Positions 13,811 through 28,800 of a DNA stretch of 64,000 nt are shown one piece after another; positions within the stretch are counted from its first letter, which is position 1, and every line of letters begins with the position of its first letter. The position numbers and the translations under genes are program-made. Below the pieces are notes generated by a model. It ran no database searches, was not told the origin of the DNA, and saw nothing but the letters and a program-made list of their open reading frames with translations. The stretch is from Eledone cirrhosa (Eukaryota). Location: positions 44,206,001 through 44,270,000 of the forward strand of contig OZ024755.1 of assembly GCA_964016885.1 (NCBI GenBank). Direction: 5' to 3'.

Positions 13811-16800
13811 CAACGAATACTGTGTACCATAGTTGACAGTACCAACGTATATTGTGTACCACAGTTGACAGTACCAACATACACCGTGTACGACAGTTGA
13901 CAGTACCAACATATACTGTGTACCACAGTTGAGAGTACCAACATAAACTGTGTACCATAGTTGACAGTACCAACATATACTGTGTACCACAGTTGACAGT
14001 ACCAACATATACTGTGTACCACAGTTGACAGTACCAACATATACTGTATACCACAGTTGACAGTACCAACATATACTGTGTACCACAGTTGACAGTACCA
14101 ACATATACTGTGTACCACAGTTGACAGTACCAACATATACTGTGTACCACAGTTGACAGTACTAACATATACTGTTTACTACAGTTGACAGTACCATCAT
14201 ATACTGTGTACCACAGTTGACAGTACCAACATGTACTGTGTACCACAGTTGACAGTACCAACATATACTGTGTACCACAGTTGGCAGTACCAACATATAA
14301 TGTGTACCTCAGTTGTCAGTACCAACATATACTGTGTACCACAGTTGACAGTACCAACGTATACTGTGTACCACAGTTGACAGTACCAACGTATACTGTG
14401 TACCACCGCTGACAGTACCAATATGTACTGTGTAACAAAGTGGACAATACCAACATATAATGTGTACCACAGTTGACAGTACCAACGTATACTGTGTACC
14501 ACTGTTGACAATACCAACATATACTGTGTACCACAGTTGACAGTACCAACATATACAGTGTACCACAGTTGACAGTACCAACATATACTGTGTACCACAG
14601 TTCACAGTACCAACGTATACTGTGTACCACATTTGAAAGTACCAACATATACTGTGTACCACAGTTGACAGTACCAACATATACTGTGTACCACTGTTCA
14701 CAGTACCAACATATACCGTGTACCACAGTTGACAGTACCAACATATACTGTGTACCACTGTTGACAGTACCAACATATACTGTGTACCACAGTTCACAGT
14801 ACCAACATGTACCTTGTACCACAGTTGACAGTACCAACATATACTGTGTACCACAGTTGACAATACCAACATATACTGTGTACCACAGTTGAAAGTACCA
14901 ACTTATACATAGTACCACAGTTGACAGTACCAACATATACTGTGTACCACAGTTGACAGTACCAACGTATACTGTGTACCACAGTTGACAATACCAACAT
15001 GTACTGTGTACCACAGTTGACAGTACCAACATATACTGTATACCACAGTTGACAGAACCAACATATACTGTGTACCACAGTTGACAGTACCAACATATAC
15101 TGTATACCACAGTTGACAGTACCAACATATACTGTGTACCACAGCTGACACTACCAACATATACTTGTACCTCAGTTGACAGTACTACCATATATTGTGT
15201 ACCACCGTTGACAATACCAACGTATACTGTGTACCACAGTTGACAGTACCAACACATATAGTGTACCACAGTTGACAGTACCAACGTATACTGTGTACCA
15301 CAGTTGCCAATGCCAACATATACTGTGTACCACAGTTGAGAGTACCAACATATACTGTGTACCACAGTTGACAGTACCAACATATACTGTGTACCACAGT
15401 TGACAGTACCAATGTATACTGTGTACCACTGTTGACAGTACCAAAATATACTGTGTACCACAGTTGACAGTACCAACGTATACTGTGTACCACTGGTGAC
15501 AGTACCAACATATAACGTGTACCACAGTTGGCAGTACCATCATATACTGTGTACCACAGTTGACAGTACCAACATATACTGTGTACCACAGTTGACAGTA
15601 CCAACATATACTGTGTACCATAGCTGACATTACCAACGTATATTGTGTACCACAGTTGACAGTACCAACATACACCGTGTACGACAGTTGACAGTACCAA
15701 CATATACTGTGTACCACATTTGAGAGTACCAACATAAACTGTGTACCACAGTTGACAGTACCAACATATACTGTGTACCACAGTTGACAGTACCAACATA
15801 TACTGTATACCACAGTTGACAGTACCAACACATACTGTGTACCACAGTTGACAGTACCAACATATACTGTGTACCAGAGTTGACAGTACCAACATATACT
15901 GTGTACCAGAGTTGACAGTACCAACATATACTGTGTACCACAGTTGACAGTACTAACATATACTCTGTACTACAGTTGACAGTACCAACATATACTGTGT
16001 ACCATAGTTGACAGTACCAACGTATATTGTGTACCACAGTTGACAGTACCAACATACACCGTGTACGACAGTTGACAGTACCAACATATACTGTGTACCA
16101 CAGTTGAGAGTACCAACATAAACTGTGTACCATAGTTGACAGTACCAACATATACTGTGTACCACAGTTGACAGTACCAACATATACTGTGTACCACAGT
16201 TGACAGTACCAACATATACTGTATACCACAGTTGACAGTACCAACATATACTGTGTACCACAGTTGACAGTACCAACATATACTGTGTACCACAGTTGAC
16301 AGTACCAACATATACTGTGTACCACAGTTGACAGTACTAACATATACTGTGTACTACAGTTGACAGTACCAACATATACTGTGTACCACAGTTGACAGTA
16401 CCAACATGTACTGTGTACCACAGTTGACAGTACCAACATATACTGTGTACCACAGTTGGCAGTACCAACATATAATGTGTACCTCAGTTGTCAGTACCAA
16501 CATATACTGTGTACCACAGTTGACAGTACCAACGTATACTGTGTACCACAGTTGACAGTACCAACGTATACTGTGTACCACCGCTGACAGTACCAATATA
16601 TACTGTGTAACACAGTTGACAATACCAACATATAATGTGTACCACAGTTGACAGTACCAACGTATACTGTGTACCACTGTTGACAATACTAACATATACT
16701 GTGTACCACAGTTGACAGTACCAACATATACAGTGTACCACAGTTGACAGTACCAACATATACTGTGTACCACAGTTCACAGTACCAACGTATACTGTGT

Positions 16801-19800
16801 ACCACTTTTGACAGTACCAACATATACTGTGTACCACAGTTGACAGTACCAACATATAGTGTGTACCACTGTTGACATTACCAACATATAGCGTTTCCCA
16901 CAGTTGACAGTACCAACATATTCAATGTACCTCTGTTGACAGTACCAACATATACTGTGTACCACAGTTGACAGTACCAACATGTACCGTGTACCACAGT
17001 TGACAGTGCCAACGTATACTGTGTACCACAGTTGACAATACCAACATATACTGTGTACCACAGTTGAAAGTACCAACGGATACTTTGTACCACAGTTGAC
17101 AGTACCAACATATACTGTGTACCACATTTGACAGTACCAACGTATACTGTATACCAGAGTTGACAATACCAACATATACTGTGTACCACAGTTGACAGTA
17201 CCAACATATACTGTATACCACAGTTGACAGAACCAACATATACTGTGTACCACAGTTGACAGTACCAACATATACTGTGTACCACAGTTGACAGTACCAA
17301 CATATACTGTATACCACAGTTGACAGTACCAACATATACTGTGTACCACTGTTGACAGTACCAACATATACCGTGTACCACAGTTGACAGTACCAACATA
17401 TACTGTGTACCACAGCTGACACTACCAACATATACTTGTACCTCAGTTGACAGTACTACCATATATTGTGTACCACCGTTGACAATACCAACGTATACTG
17501 TGTACCACAGTTGACAGTACCAACACATATAGTGTACCACAGTTGACAGTACCAACGTATACTGTGTACCACAGTTGCCAATGCCAACATATACTGTGTA
17601 CCACAGTTGAGAGTACCAACATATACTGTGTACCACAGTTGACAGTACCAACATATACTGTGTACCACAGTTGACAGTACCAACATATACTGTGTACCAC
17701 AGTTGACAGTACCAATGTATACTGTGTACCACTGTTGACAGTAGCAAAATATACTGTGTACCACAGTTGACAGTACCAACGTATACTGTGTACCACTGGT
17801 GACAGTACCAACATATAACGTGTACCACAGTTGGCAGTACCATCATATACTGTGTACCACAGTTGACAGTACCAACATATACTGTGTACCACAGTTGACA
17901 GTACCAACATATACTGTGTACCATAGCTGACATTACCAACGTATATTGTGTACCACAGTTGACAGTACCAACATACACCGTGTACGACAGTTGACAGTAC
18001 CAACATATACTGTGTACCACAGTTGAGAGTACCAACATAAACTGTGTACCACAGTTGACAGTACCAACATATACTGTGTACCACAGTTGACAGTACCAAC
18101 ATATACTGTATACCACAGTTGACAGTACCAACACATACAGTGTACCACAGTTGACAGTACCAACATATACTGTGTACCACAGTTGACAGTACCAACATAT
18201 ACTGTGTACCAGAGTTGACAGTACCAACATATACTGTGTACCACAGTTGACAGTACTAACATATACTGTGTACCACAGTTGACAGTACCAACATGTACTG
18301 TGTACCACAGTTGACAGTACCAACATATACTGTGTACCACAGTTGGCAGTACCGACATATACTGTGTACCTCAGTTGACAGTACCAACATATACTGTGTA
18401 CCACAGTTGACAGTACCAACGTATATTGTGTACCACAGTTGACAGTACCAACGTATACTGTGTACCACAGTTGACCGTACCAACATAAACTGTGTAACAC
18501 AGTTGACAATACCAACATTATAATGTGTACCACAGTTGACAGTACCAACGTATACTGTGTACCACTGTTGACAATACCAACATATACTGTGTACCACAGT
18601 TCACAGTACCAACGTATACTGTGTACCACATTTGACAGTACCAACATATACTGTGTACCACAGTTCACAGTACCAACATATACTGTGTACCACTGTTGAC
18701 AGTACCAACATATACCTTGTACCACAGTTGTCAGTACCAACATATACTGTGTACCACTGTTGACAGTACCAACATATACTGTATACCACAGTTGACAGGA
18801 CCAACATATACTGTGTACCACTGTTGACAGTACCAACATATACTGTGTACCACAGTTGACACTACCAACATAAACTGTATACCACAGTTGACAGTACCAA
18901 CATATACTGGGTACCACAGTTGACAGTACCAACATATACTGTGTACCATAGTTGACAGTACCAACGTATATTGTGTACCACAGTTGAGAGTACCAACATA
19001 CACCGTGTACGACAGTTGACAGTACCAACATATACTGTGTACCAGAGTTGAGAGTACCAACATATACTGTGTACCACATTTGACAGTACCAACATATACT
19101 GTGTACCACAGTTGACAGTACCAACATATACTGTGTACCACAGTTGACAGTACCAACATATACTGTATACCACAGTTAACAGTACCAACATATACTGTTT
19201 ACCACAGTTGACAGTACCAACATATACTGCGTACCACAGTCGACAGGACTAACATATACTGTGTACTACAGTTGACAGTACCAACATATACTGTGTACCA
19301 CAGTTGACAGTACCAACATATACTGTGTACCACAGTTGACAATACTAACATATACTGTGTACCACAGTTGGCAGTACCAACATATACTGTGTACCTCAGT
19401 TGACAGTACCAACATATAGTGTGTACCACAGTTGACAATACCAACATATACTGTGTACCACAGTTGACAGTACCAACATATACTGTGTACCACAGTTGAC
19501 AGTACCAACATATACTGTGTACCTCAGTTAACAGTACCCACATATTCTGTGTATCAGAGTTGACAGTACCAACATATACTGTGTACCACAGTTGACAGTA
19601 CCAACATATACTGTGTACCTCAGTTAACAGTACCCACATATACTGTGTATCAGAGTTGACAGTACCAACATATACTGTGTATCACAGTTGACAGTACCAA
19701 CATATACTGTGTACCACAGTGTACACTAACAACATATACTGTGTACCACAGTTGACAGTACCAACATATACTGTGTACCACAGTTGACAGTACCATCATA

Positions 19801-22800
19801 TACTGTGTACCACATTTGACAGTACCAACGTATACTGTGTACCACAGTTGACAGTACCATCGTATACTGTGTACCACAGTTGATAGTACCAACGTATACT
19901 GTGTATCAGAGTTGACAGTACCAACATATACACTGTACCACAGTTGACAGTACCAAAATATACTGTGTACCACAGCTGACACTACCAACATATACTTGTA
20001 ACTCTGTTGACGGTACTAACATATACTGTGTACCACAGTTGACGGTACCAACGTATACTGTGTACCACAGTTGAAAGTACCAACGTATCCTGTGTACCAC
20101 AGTTGACAGTACCAGTATATACTGTGTACCACAGTTGACAATACCAACATATACTGTGTACCACAGTTGACAGTACCAACGTATACTGTGTACCATTGTT
20201 GACAGTACCAACATATACTGTGTACCACAGTTGACAGTACCAACATATACAGTGTACCACAGTTGACAGTACCAACATATACTGTGTACCACAGTTGACA
20301 GTACCAACATATACTGGGTGCCACTTTTCACAGTACCAACATATACTGTGTACCACAGTTGACAATGCCATCATATAGTGTGTACCACAATTGACAGTAC
20401 CAACATATACTGTGTACCACAGTTGACAGTACCATCTTATACTGTGTACCACAGTTGACAGTACCAACGTATACTGTGTACCACAGTTGACAATACTAAC
20501 ATATACTGTGTACCACAGTTGAAAGTACCAACGTATACTGTGTACCACAGTTGACAGTACCAACATATACTGTGTACCACAGTTGACAGTACCAACGTAT
20601 ACTGTGTACCACAGTTGACAATACCAACATATACTATGTACCACAGTTGACAGTAACAACATATACTGTATACCACAGTTGACAGTACCAACATATACTG
20701 TGTACCAGAGTTGACAGTACCAACATATACTGTGTACCACAGTTGACAGTACCAACATATACTGTATACAACAGTTAACAGTACCAACATATACTGTGTA
20801 CCACTGTTGACAGTACCAACACATACCGTGTACCACAGTTGACAGTACCAACATATACTGTGTACCACAGCTGACACTACCAACATATACTTGTACCTCA
20901 GTTGACAGTACTACCATATATTGTGTACCACCGTTGACAATACCAACGTATACTGTGTACCACAGTTGACAGTACCAACGTATACTGTGTACCACAGTTG
21001 ACAGTACCAACATATACTGTGTACCACAGCTGACAATACCAGCATATACTGTTTACCACAGTTGACAGTACCAACGTATACTGTGTACCACAGTTGCCAA
21101 TGCCAACATATACTGTGTACCACAGTTGACAGTACCAACATATACTGTGTACCACAGTTGACAGTACCAACATATACTGTGTACCACAGTTGACAGTACC
21201 AATGTATACTGTGTACCACTGTTGACAGTACCAAAATATGCTGTGTACCACAGTTGACAGTACCAACGTATACTGTGTACCACAGTTGACAGTACCAACG
21301 TATATTGTGTACCACAGTTGACAGTACAAACATACACTGTGTACGACAGTTGACAGTACCAACATATACTGTGTACCACAGTTGAGAGTACCAACATAAA
21401 CTGTGTACCACAGTTGACAGTACCAACATATACTGTGTACCACAGTTGATAGTACCAACATATACTGTGTACCACAGTTGACAGTACCAACATATACTGT
21501 ATACCACAGTTGACAGTACCAACATATACTGTGTACCACAGTTGACAGTACCAACATATACTGTGTACCACAGTTGACAGTACCAACATATACTGTATAC
21601 CACAGTTGACAGTACCAACATATACTGTGTACCACAGTTGACAGTACTAACATATACTGTCTACTACAGTTGACAGTACCAACATATACTGTGTACCACA
21701 GTTGACAGTACCAACATGGACTGTGTACCACAGTTGACAGTGCCAACATATACTGTGTACCACATTTGGCAGTACCAACATATACTGTGTACCTCAGTTG
21801 ACAGTACCAACATATATTGTGTACCAAAGTTGACAGTACCAACGTATACTGTGTACCACAGTTGAGAGTACCAACGTATATTGTGTACCACAGTTGAGAG
21901 TACCAACATATACAGTGTACCACAGTTGACAGTACCAACATATACTGTGTACCACAGTTGACAGTACCAACATATACTGTGTACCACAGTTGACAGTACC
22001 AACATGTACCGTGAACCACAGTTGACAGTACCAACGTATACTGTGTACCACAGTTGAGAGTAACAACCTATAGTGTGTACCACAGTTGACAGTACCAACA
22101 TATACTGTGTACCACAGTTGACAGTACCAACATATACTGTGTACCGCAGTTCACAGGACCAACGTATACTGTGTACCACATTTGACAGTACCAACATATA
22201 CTGTGTACCACAGTTGACAGTACCAACATATACTGTGTACCACTGTTGACAGTACCAACATATACCGTGTACCACAGTTGACAGTACCAACATATACTGT
22301 GTACCACTGTTGACAGTACCAACATATACTGTGTACCACAGCTGACAGTACCAACATATACTGTATACCACAGTTGACAGTACCAACATATACTGTGTAC
22401 CACAGTTGACAGTACCAACATATACTGTGTACCACAGTTGACTGTACCAACATATACTGTGTACCACAGTTGACAGTACCAATGTATACTGTGTACCACT
22501 GTTGACAGTACCAACATATACTGTGTACCACAGTTGACAGTAGCAACGTATACTGTGTACCACAGTTGACAGTTCCAACATATAACGTGTACCACAGTTG
22601 GCAGTACCATCATATACTGTGTACCACAGTTGACAGTACCAACATATACTGGGTACCACAGTTGACAGTACCAACGTATATTGTGTACCACAGTTGACAG
22701 TAGCAACGTATACTGTGTACCACAGTTGACAGTTCCAACATATAACGTGTACCACAGTTGGCAGTACCATCATATACTGTGTACCACAGTTAACAGTACC

Positions 22801-25800
22801 AACATATACTGTGTACCATAATTGACAGTACCAACGTATATTGTGTACCACACTTGACAGTACCAACATACACCGTGTACGACAGTTGACAGTACCAACA
22901 TATACTGTGTACCACATTTGAGAGTACCAACATATACTGTGTACCACAGTTGACAGTACCAACATATACTGTGTACCACAGTTGAGAGTACCAACATATA
23001 CTGTGTACCTCAGTTGACAGTACTAACATATACTGTGTACCATAGTTGACAGTACCAACGTATATTGTGTACCACAGTTGACAGTACCAACATACACCGT
23101 GTACGACAGTTGACAGTACCAACATATACTGTGTACCACAGTTGAGAGTACCAACATAAACTGTGTACCATAGTTGACAGTACCAACATATACTGCGTAC
23201 CACAGTTGACAGTACCAACATATACTGTGTACCACAGTTGACAGTACCAACATATACTGTATACCACAGTTGACAGTACCAACATATACTGTGTACCACT
23301 GTTGACAGTACCAACATATACTGTGTACCACAGTTGACAGTACCAACATATACTGTGTACCACAGTTGACAGTACTAACATATACTGTGTACTACAGTTG
23401 ACAGTACCATCATATACTGTGTACCACAGTTGACAGTACCAACATGTACTGTGTACCACAGTTGACAGTACCAACATATACTGTGTACCACAGTTGGCAG
23501 TACCAACATATAATGTGTACCTCAGTTGTCAGTACCAACATATACTGTGTACCACAGTTGACAGTACCAACGTATACTGTGTACCACAGTTGACAGTACC
23601 AACGTATACTGTGTACCACCGCTGACAGTACCAATATGTACTGTGTAACAAAGTTGACAATACCAACATATAATGTGTACCACAGTTGACAGTACCAACG
23701 TATACTGTGTACCACTGTTGACAATACCAACATATACTGTGTACCACAGTTGACAGTACCAACATATACAGTGTACCACAGTTGACAGTACCAACATATA
23801 CTGTGTACCACAGTTCACAGTACCAACGTATACTGTGTACCACATTAGAAAGTACCAACATATACTGTGTACCACAGTTGACAGTACCAACATATACTGT
23901 GTACCACTGTTGACAGTACCAACATATACCGTGTACCACAGTTGACAGTACCAACATATACTGTGTACCACTGTTGACAGTACCAACATATACTGTGTAC
24001 CACAGTTCACAGTACCAACATGTACCTTGTACCACAGTTGACAGTACCAACATATACTGTGTACCACAGTTGACAATACCAACATATACTGTGTACCACA
24101 GCTGACAATACCAGCATATACTGTTTACCACAGTTGACAGTACCAACGTATACTGTGTACCAGAGTTGCCAATGCCAACATATACAGTGTACCACAGTTG
24201 ACAGTACCAACATATACTGTGTACCACAGTTGACAGTACCAACATATACTGTGTACCACAGTTGACAGTACCAATGTATACTGTGTACCACTGTTGACAG
24301 TACCAAAATATGCTGTGTACCACAGTTGACAGTACCAACGTATACTGTGTACCACAGTTGACAGTACCAACGTATATTGTGTACCACAGTTGACAGTACA
24401 AACATACACTGTGTACGACAGTTGACAGTACCAACATATACTGTGTACCACAGTTGAGAGTACCAACATAAACTGTGTACCACAGTTGACAGTACCAACA
24501 TATACTGTGTACCACAGTTGATAGTACCAACATATACTGTGTACCACAGTTGACAGTACCAACATATACTGTATACCACAGTTGACAGTACCAACATATA
24601 CTGTGTACCACAGTTGACAGTACCAACATATACTGTGTACCACAGTTGACAGTACCAACATATACTGTATACCACAGTTGACAGTACCAACATATACTGT
24701 GTACCACAGTTGACAGTACTAACATATACTGTCTACTACAGTTGACAGTACCAACATATACTGTGTACCACAGTTGACAGTACCAACATGGACTGTGTAC
24801 CACAGTTGACAGTGCCAACATATACTGTGTACCACATTTGGCAGTACCAACATATACTGTGTACCTCAGTTGACAGTACCAACATATATTGTGTACCAAA
24901 GTTGACAGTACCAACGTATACTGTGTACCACAGTTGACAGTACCAACTTATATTGTGTACCACAGTTGAGAGTACCAACATATACAGTGTACCACAGTTG
25001 ACAGTACCAACATATACTGTGTACCACAGTTGACAGTACCAACATATACTGTGTACCACAGTTGACAGTACCAACATGTACCGTGAACCACAGTTGACAG
25101 TACCAACGTATACTGTGTACCACAGTTGAGAGTAACAACGTATAGTGTGTACCACAGTTGACAGTACCAACATATACTGTGTACCACAGTTGACAGTACC
25201 AACATATACTGTGTACCGCAGTTCACAGGACCAACGTATAATGTGTACCAGATTTGACAGTACCAACATATACTGTGTACCACAGTTGACAGTACCAACA
25301 TATACTGTGTACCACTGTTGACAGTACCAACATATACCGTGTACCACAGTTGACAGTACCAACATATACTGTGTACCACTGTTGACAGTACCAACATATA
25401 CTGTGTACCACAGCTGACAGTACCAACATATACTGTATACCACAGTTGACAGTACCAACATATACTGTGTACCACAGTTGACAGTACCAACATATACTGT
25501 GTACCACAGTTGACTGTACCAACATATACTGTGTACCACAGTTGACAGTACCAATGTATACTGTGTACCACTGTTGACAGTACCAACATATACTGTGTAC
25601 CACAGTTGACAGTAGCAACGTATACTGTGTACCACAGTTGACAGTTCCAACATATAACCTGTACCACAGTTGGCAGTACCATCATATACTGTGTACCACA
25701 TTTGACAGTACCAACATATACTGGGTACCACAGTTGACAGTACCAACGTATATTGTGTACCACAGTTGACAGTAGCAACGTATACTGTGTACCACAGTTG

Positions 25801-28800
25801 ACAGTTCCAACATATAACGTGTACCACAGTTGGCAGTACCATCATATACTGTGTACCACAGTTAACAGTACCAACATATACTGTGTACCATAATTGACAG
25901 TACCAACGTATATTGTGTACCACACTTGACAGTACCAACATACACCGTGTACGACAGTTGACAGTACCAACATATACTGTGTACCACAGTTGAGAGTACC
26001 AACATATACTGTGTACCACAGTTGACAGTACCAACATATACTGTGTACCACAGTTGAGAGTACCAACATATACTGTGTACCTCAGTTGACAGTACTAACA
26101 TATACTGTGTACCATAGTTGACAGTACCAACGTATATTGTGTACCACAGTTGACAGTACCAACATACACCGTGTACGACAGTTGACAGTACCAACATATA
26201 CTGTGTACCACAGTTGAGAGTACCAACATAAACTGTGTACCATAGTTGACAGTACCAACATATACTGTGTACCACAGTTGACAGTACCAACATATACTGT
26301 GTACCACAGTTGACAGTACCAACATATACTGTATACCACAGTTGACAGTACCAACATATACTGTGTACCACTGTTGACAGTACCAACATATACTGTGTAC
26401 CACAGTTGACAGTACCAACATATACTGTGTACCACAGTTGACAGTACTAACATATACTGTGTACTACAGTTGACAGTACCATCATATACTGTGTACCACA
26501 GTTGACAGTACCAACATGTACTGTGTACCACAGTTGACAGTACCAACATATACTGTGTACCACAGTTGGCAGTACCAACATATAATGTGGCATCAGTTGT
26601 CAGTACCAACATATACTGTGTACCACAGTTGACAGTACCAACGTATACTGTGTACCACAGTTGACAGTACCAACGTATACTGTGTACCACCGCTGACAGA
26701 ACCAATATGTACTGTGTAACAAAGTTGACAATACCAACATATAATGTGTACCACAGTTGACAGTACCAACGTATACTGTGTACCACTGTTGACAATACCA
26801 ACATATACTGTGTACCACAGTTGACAGTACCAACATATACAGTGTACCACAGTTGACAGTACCAACATATACTGTGTACCACAGTTCACAGTACCAACGT
26901 ATACTGTGTACCACATTAGAAAGTACCAACATATACTGTGTACCACAGTTGACGGTACCAACATATACTGTGTACCACTGTTGACAGTACCAACATATAC
27001 CGTGTACCACAGTTGACAGTACCAACATATACTGTGTACCACTGTTGACAGTACCAACATATACTGTGTACCACAGTTCACAGTACCAACATGTACCTTG
27101 TACCACAGTTGACAGTACCAACATATACTGTGTACCACAGTTGACAATACCAACATATACTGTGTACCACAGTTGAAAGTACCAACTTATACATAGTACC
27201 ACAGTTGACAGTACCAACATATACTGTGTACCACAGTTGACAGTACCAACGTATACTGTGTACCACAGTTGACAATACCAACATGTACTGTGTACCACAG
27301 TTGACAGTACCAACATATACTGTATACCACAGTTGACAGAACCAACATATACTGTGTACCACAGTTGGCAGTACCAACATATACTGTATACCACAGTTGA
27401 CAGTACCAACATATACTGTGTACCACAGCTGACACTACCAACATATACTTGTACCTCAGTTGACAGTACTACCATATATTGTGTACCACCGTTGACAATA
27501 CCAACGTATACTGTGTACCACAGTTGACAGTACCAACACATATAGTGTACCACAGTTGACAGTACCAACGTATACTGTGTACCACAGTTGCCAATGACAA
27601 CATATACTGTGTACCACAGTTGAGAGTACCAACATATACTGTGTACCACAGTTGACAGTACCAACATATACTGTGTACCACAGTTGACAGTACCAATGTA
27701 TACTGTGTACCACTGTTGACAGTACCAAAATATACTGTGTACCACAGTTGACAGTACCAACGTATACTGTGTACCACTGGTGACAGTACCAACATATAAC
27801 GTGTACCACAGTTGGCAGTACCATCATATACTGTGTACCACAGTTGACAGTACCAACATATACTGTGTACCACAGTTGACAGTACCAACATATACTGTGT
27901 ACCATAGCTGACATTACCAACGTATATTGTGTACCACAGTTGACAGTACCAACATACACCGTGTACGACAGTTGACAGTACCAACATATACTGTGTACCA
28001 CATTTGAGAGTACCAACATAAACTGTGTACCACAGTTGACAGTACCAACATATACTGTGTACCACAGTTGACAGTACCAACATATACTGTATACCACAGT
28101 TGACAGTACCAACACATACTGTGTACCACAGTTGACAGTACCAACATATACTGTGTACCACAGTTGACAGTACCAACATATACTGTGTACCAGAGTTGAC
28201 AGTACCAACATATACTGTGTACCACAGTTGACAGTACTAACATATACTCTGTACTACAGTTGACAGTACCAACATATACTGTGTACCACAGTTGACAGTA
28301 CCAACATGTACTGTGTACCACAGTTGACAGTACCAACATATACTGTGAACCACAGTTGGCAGTACCAACATATACTGTGTACCTCAGTTGACAGTACGAA
28401 CATATACTGTGTACCACAGTTGACAGTACCAACGTATATTGTGTACCACAGTTGACAGTACCAACGTATACTGTGTACCACAGTTGACCGTACCAACATA
28501 TACTGTGTAACACAGTTGACAATACCAACATTATACTGTGTACCACAGTTGACAGTACCAACGTATAATGTGTACCACTGTTGACTGTACCAAGGGTATA
28601 CTGTGTACCACACTTGACAGTACCAACATATAACGTGTACCACAGTTGGCAGTACCATCATATACTGTGTACCACAGTTGACAGTACCAACATATACTGT
28701 GTACCACAGTTGACAGTACCAACATATACTGTGTACCATAGTTGACAGTACCAACGTATATTGTGTACCACAGTTGACAGTACCAACATACACCGTGTAC

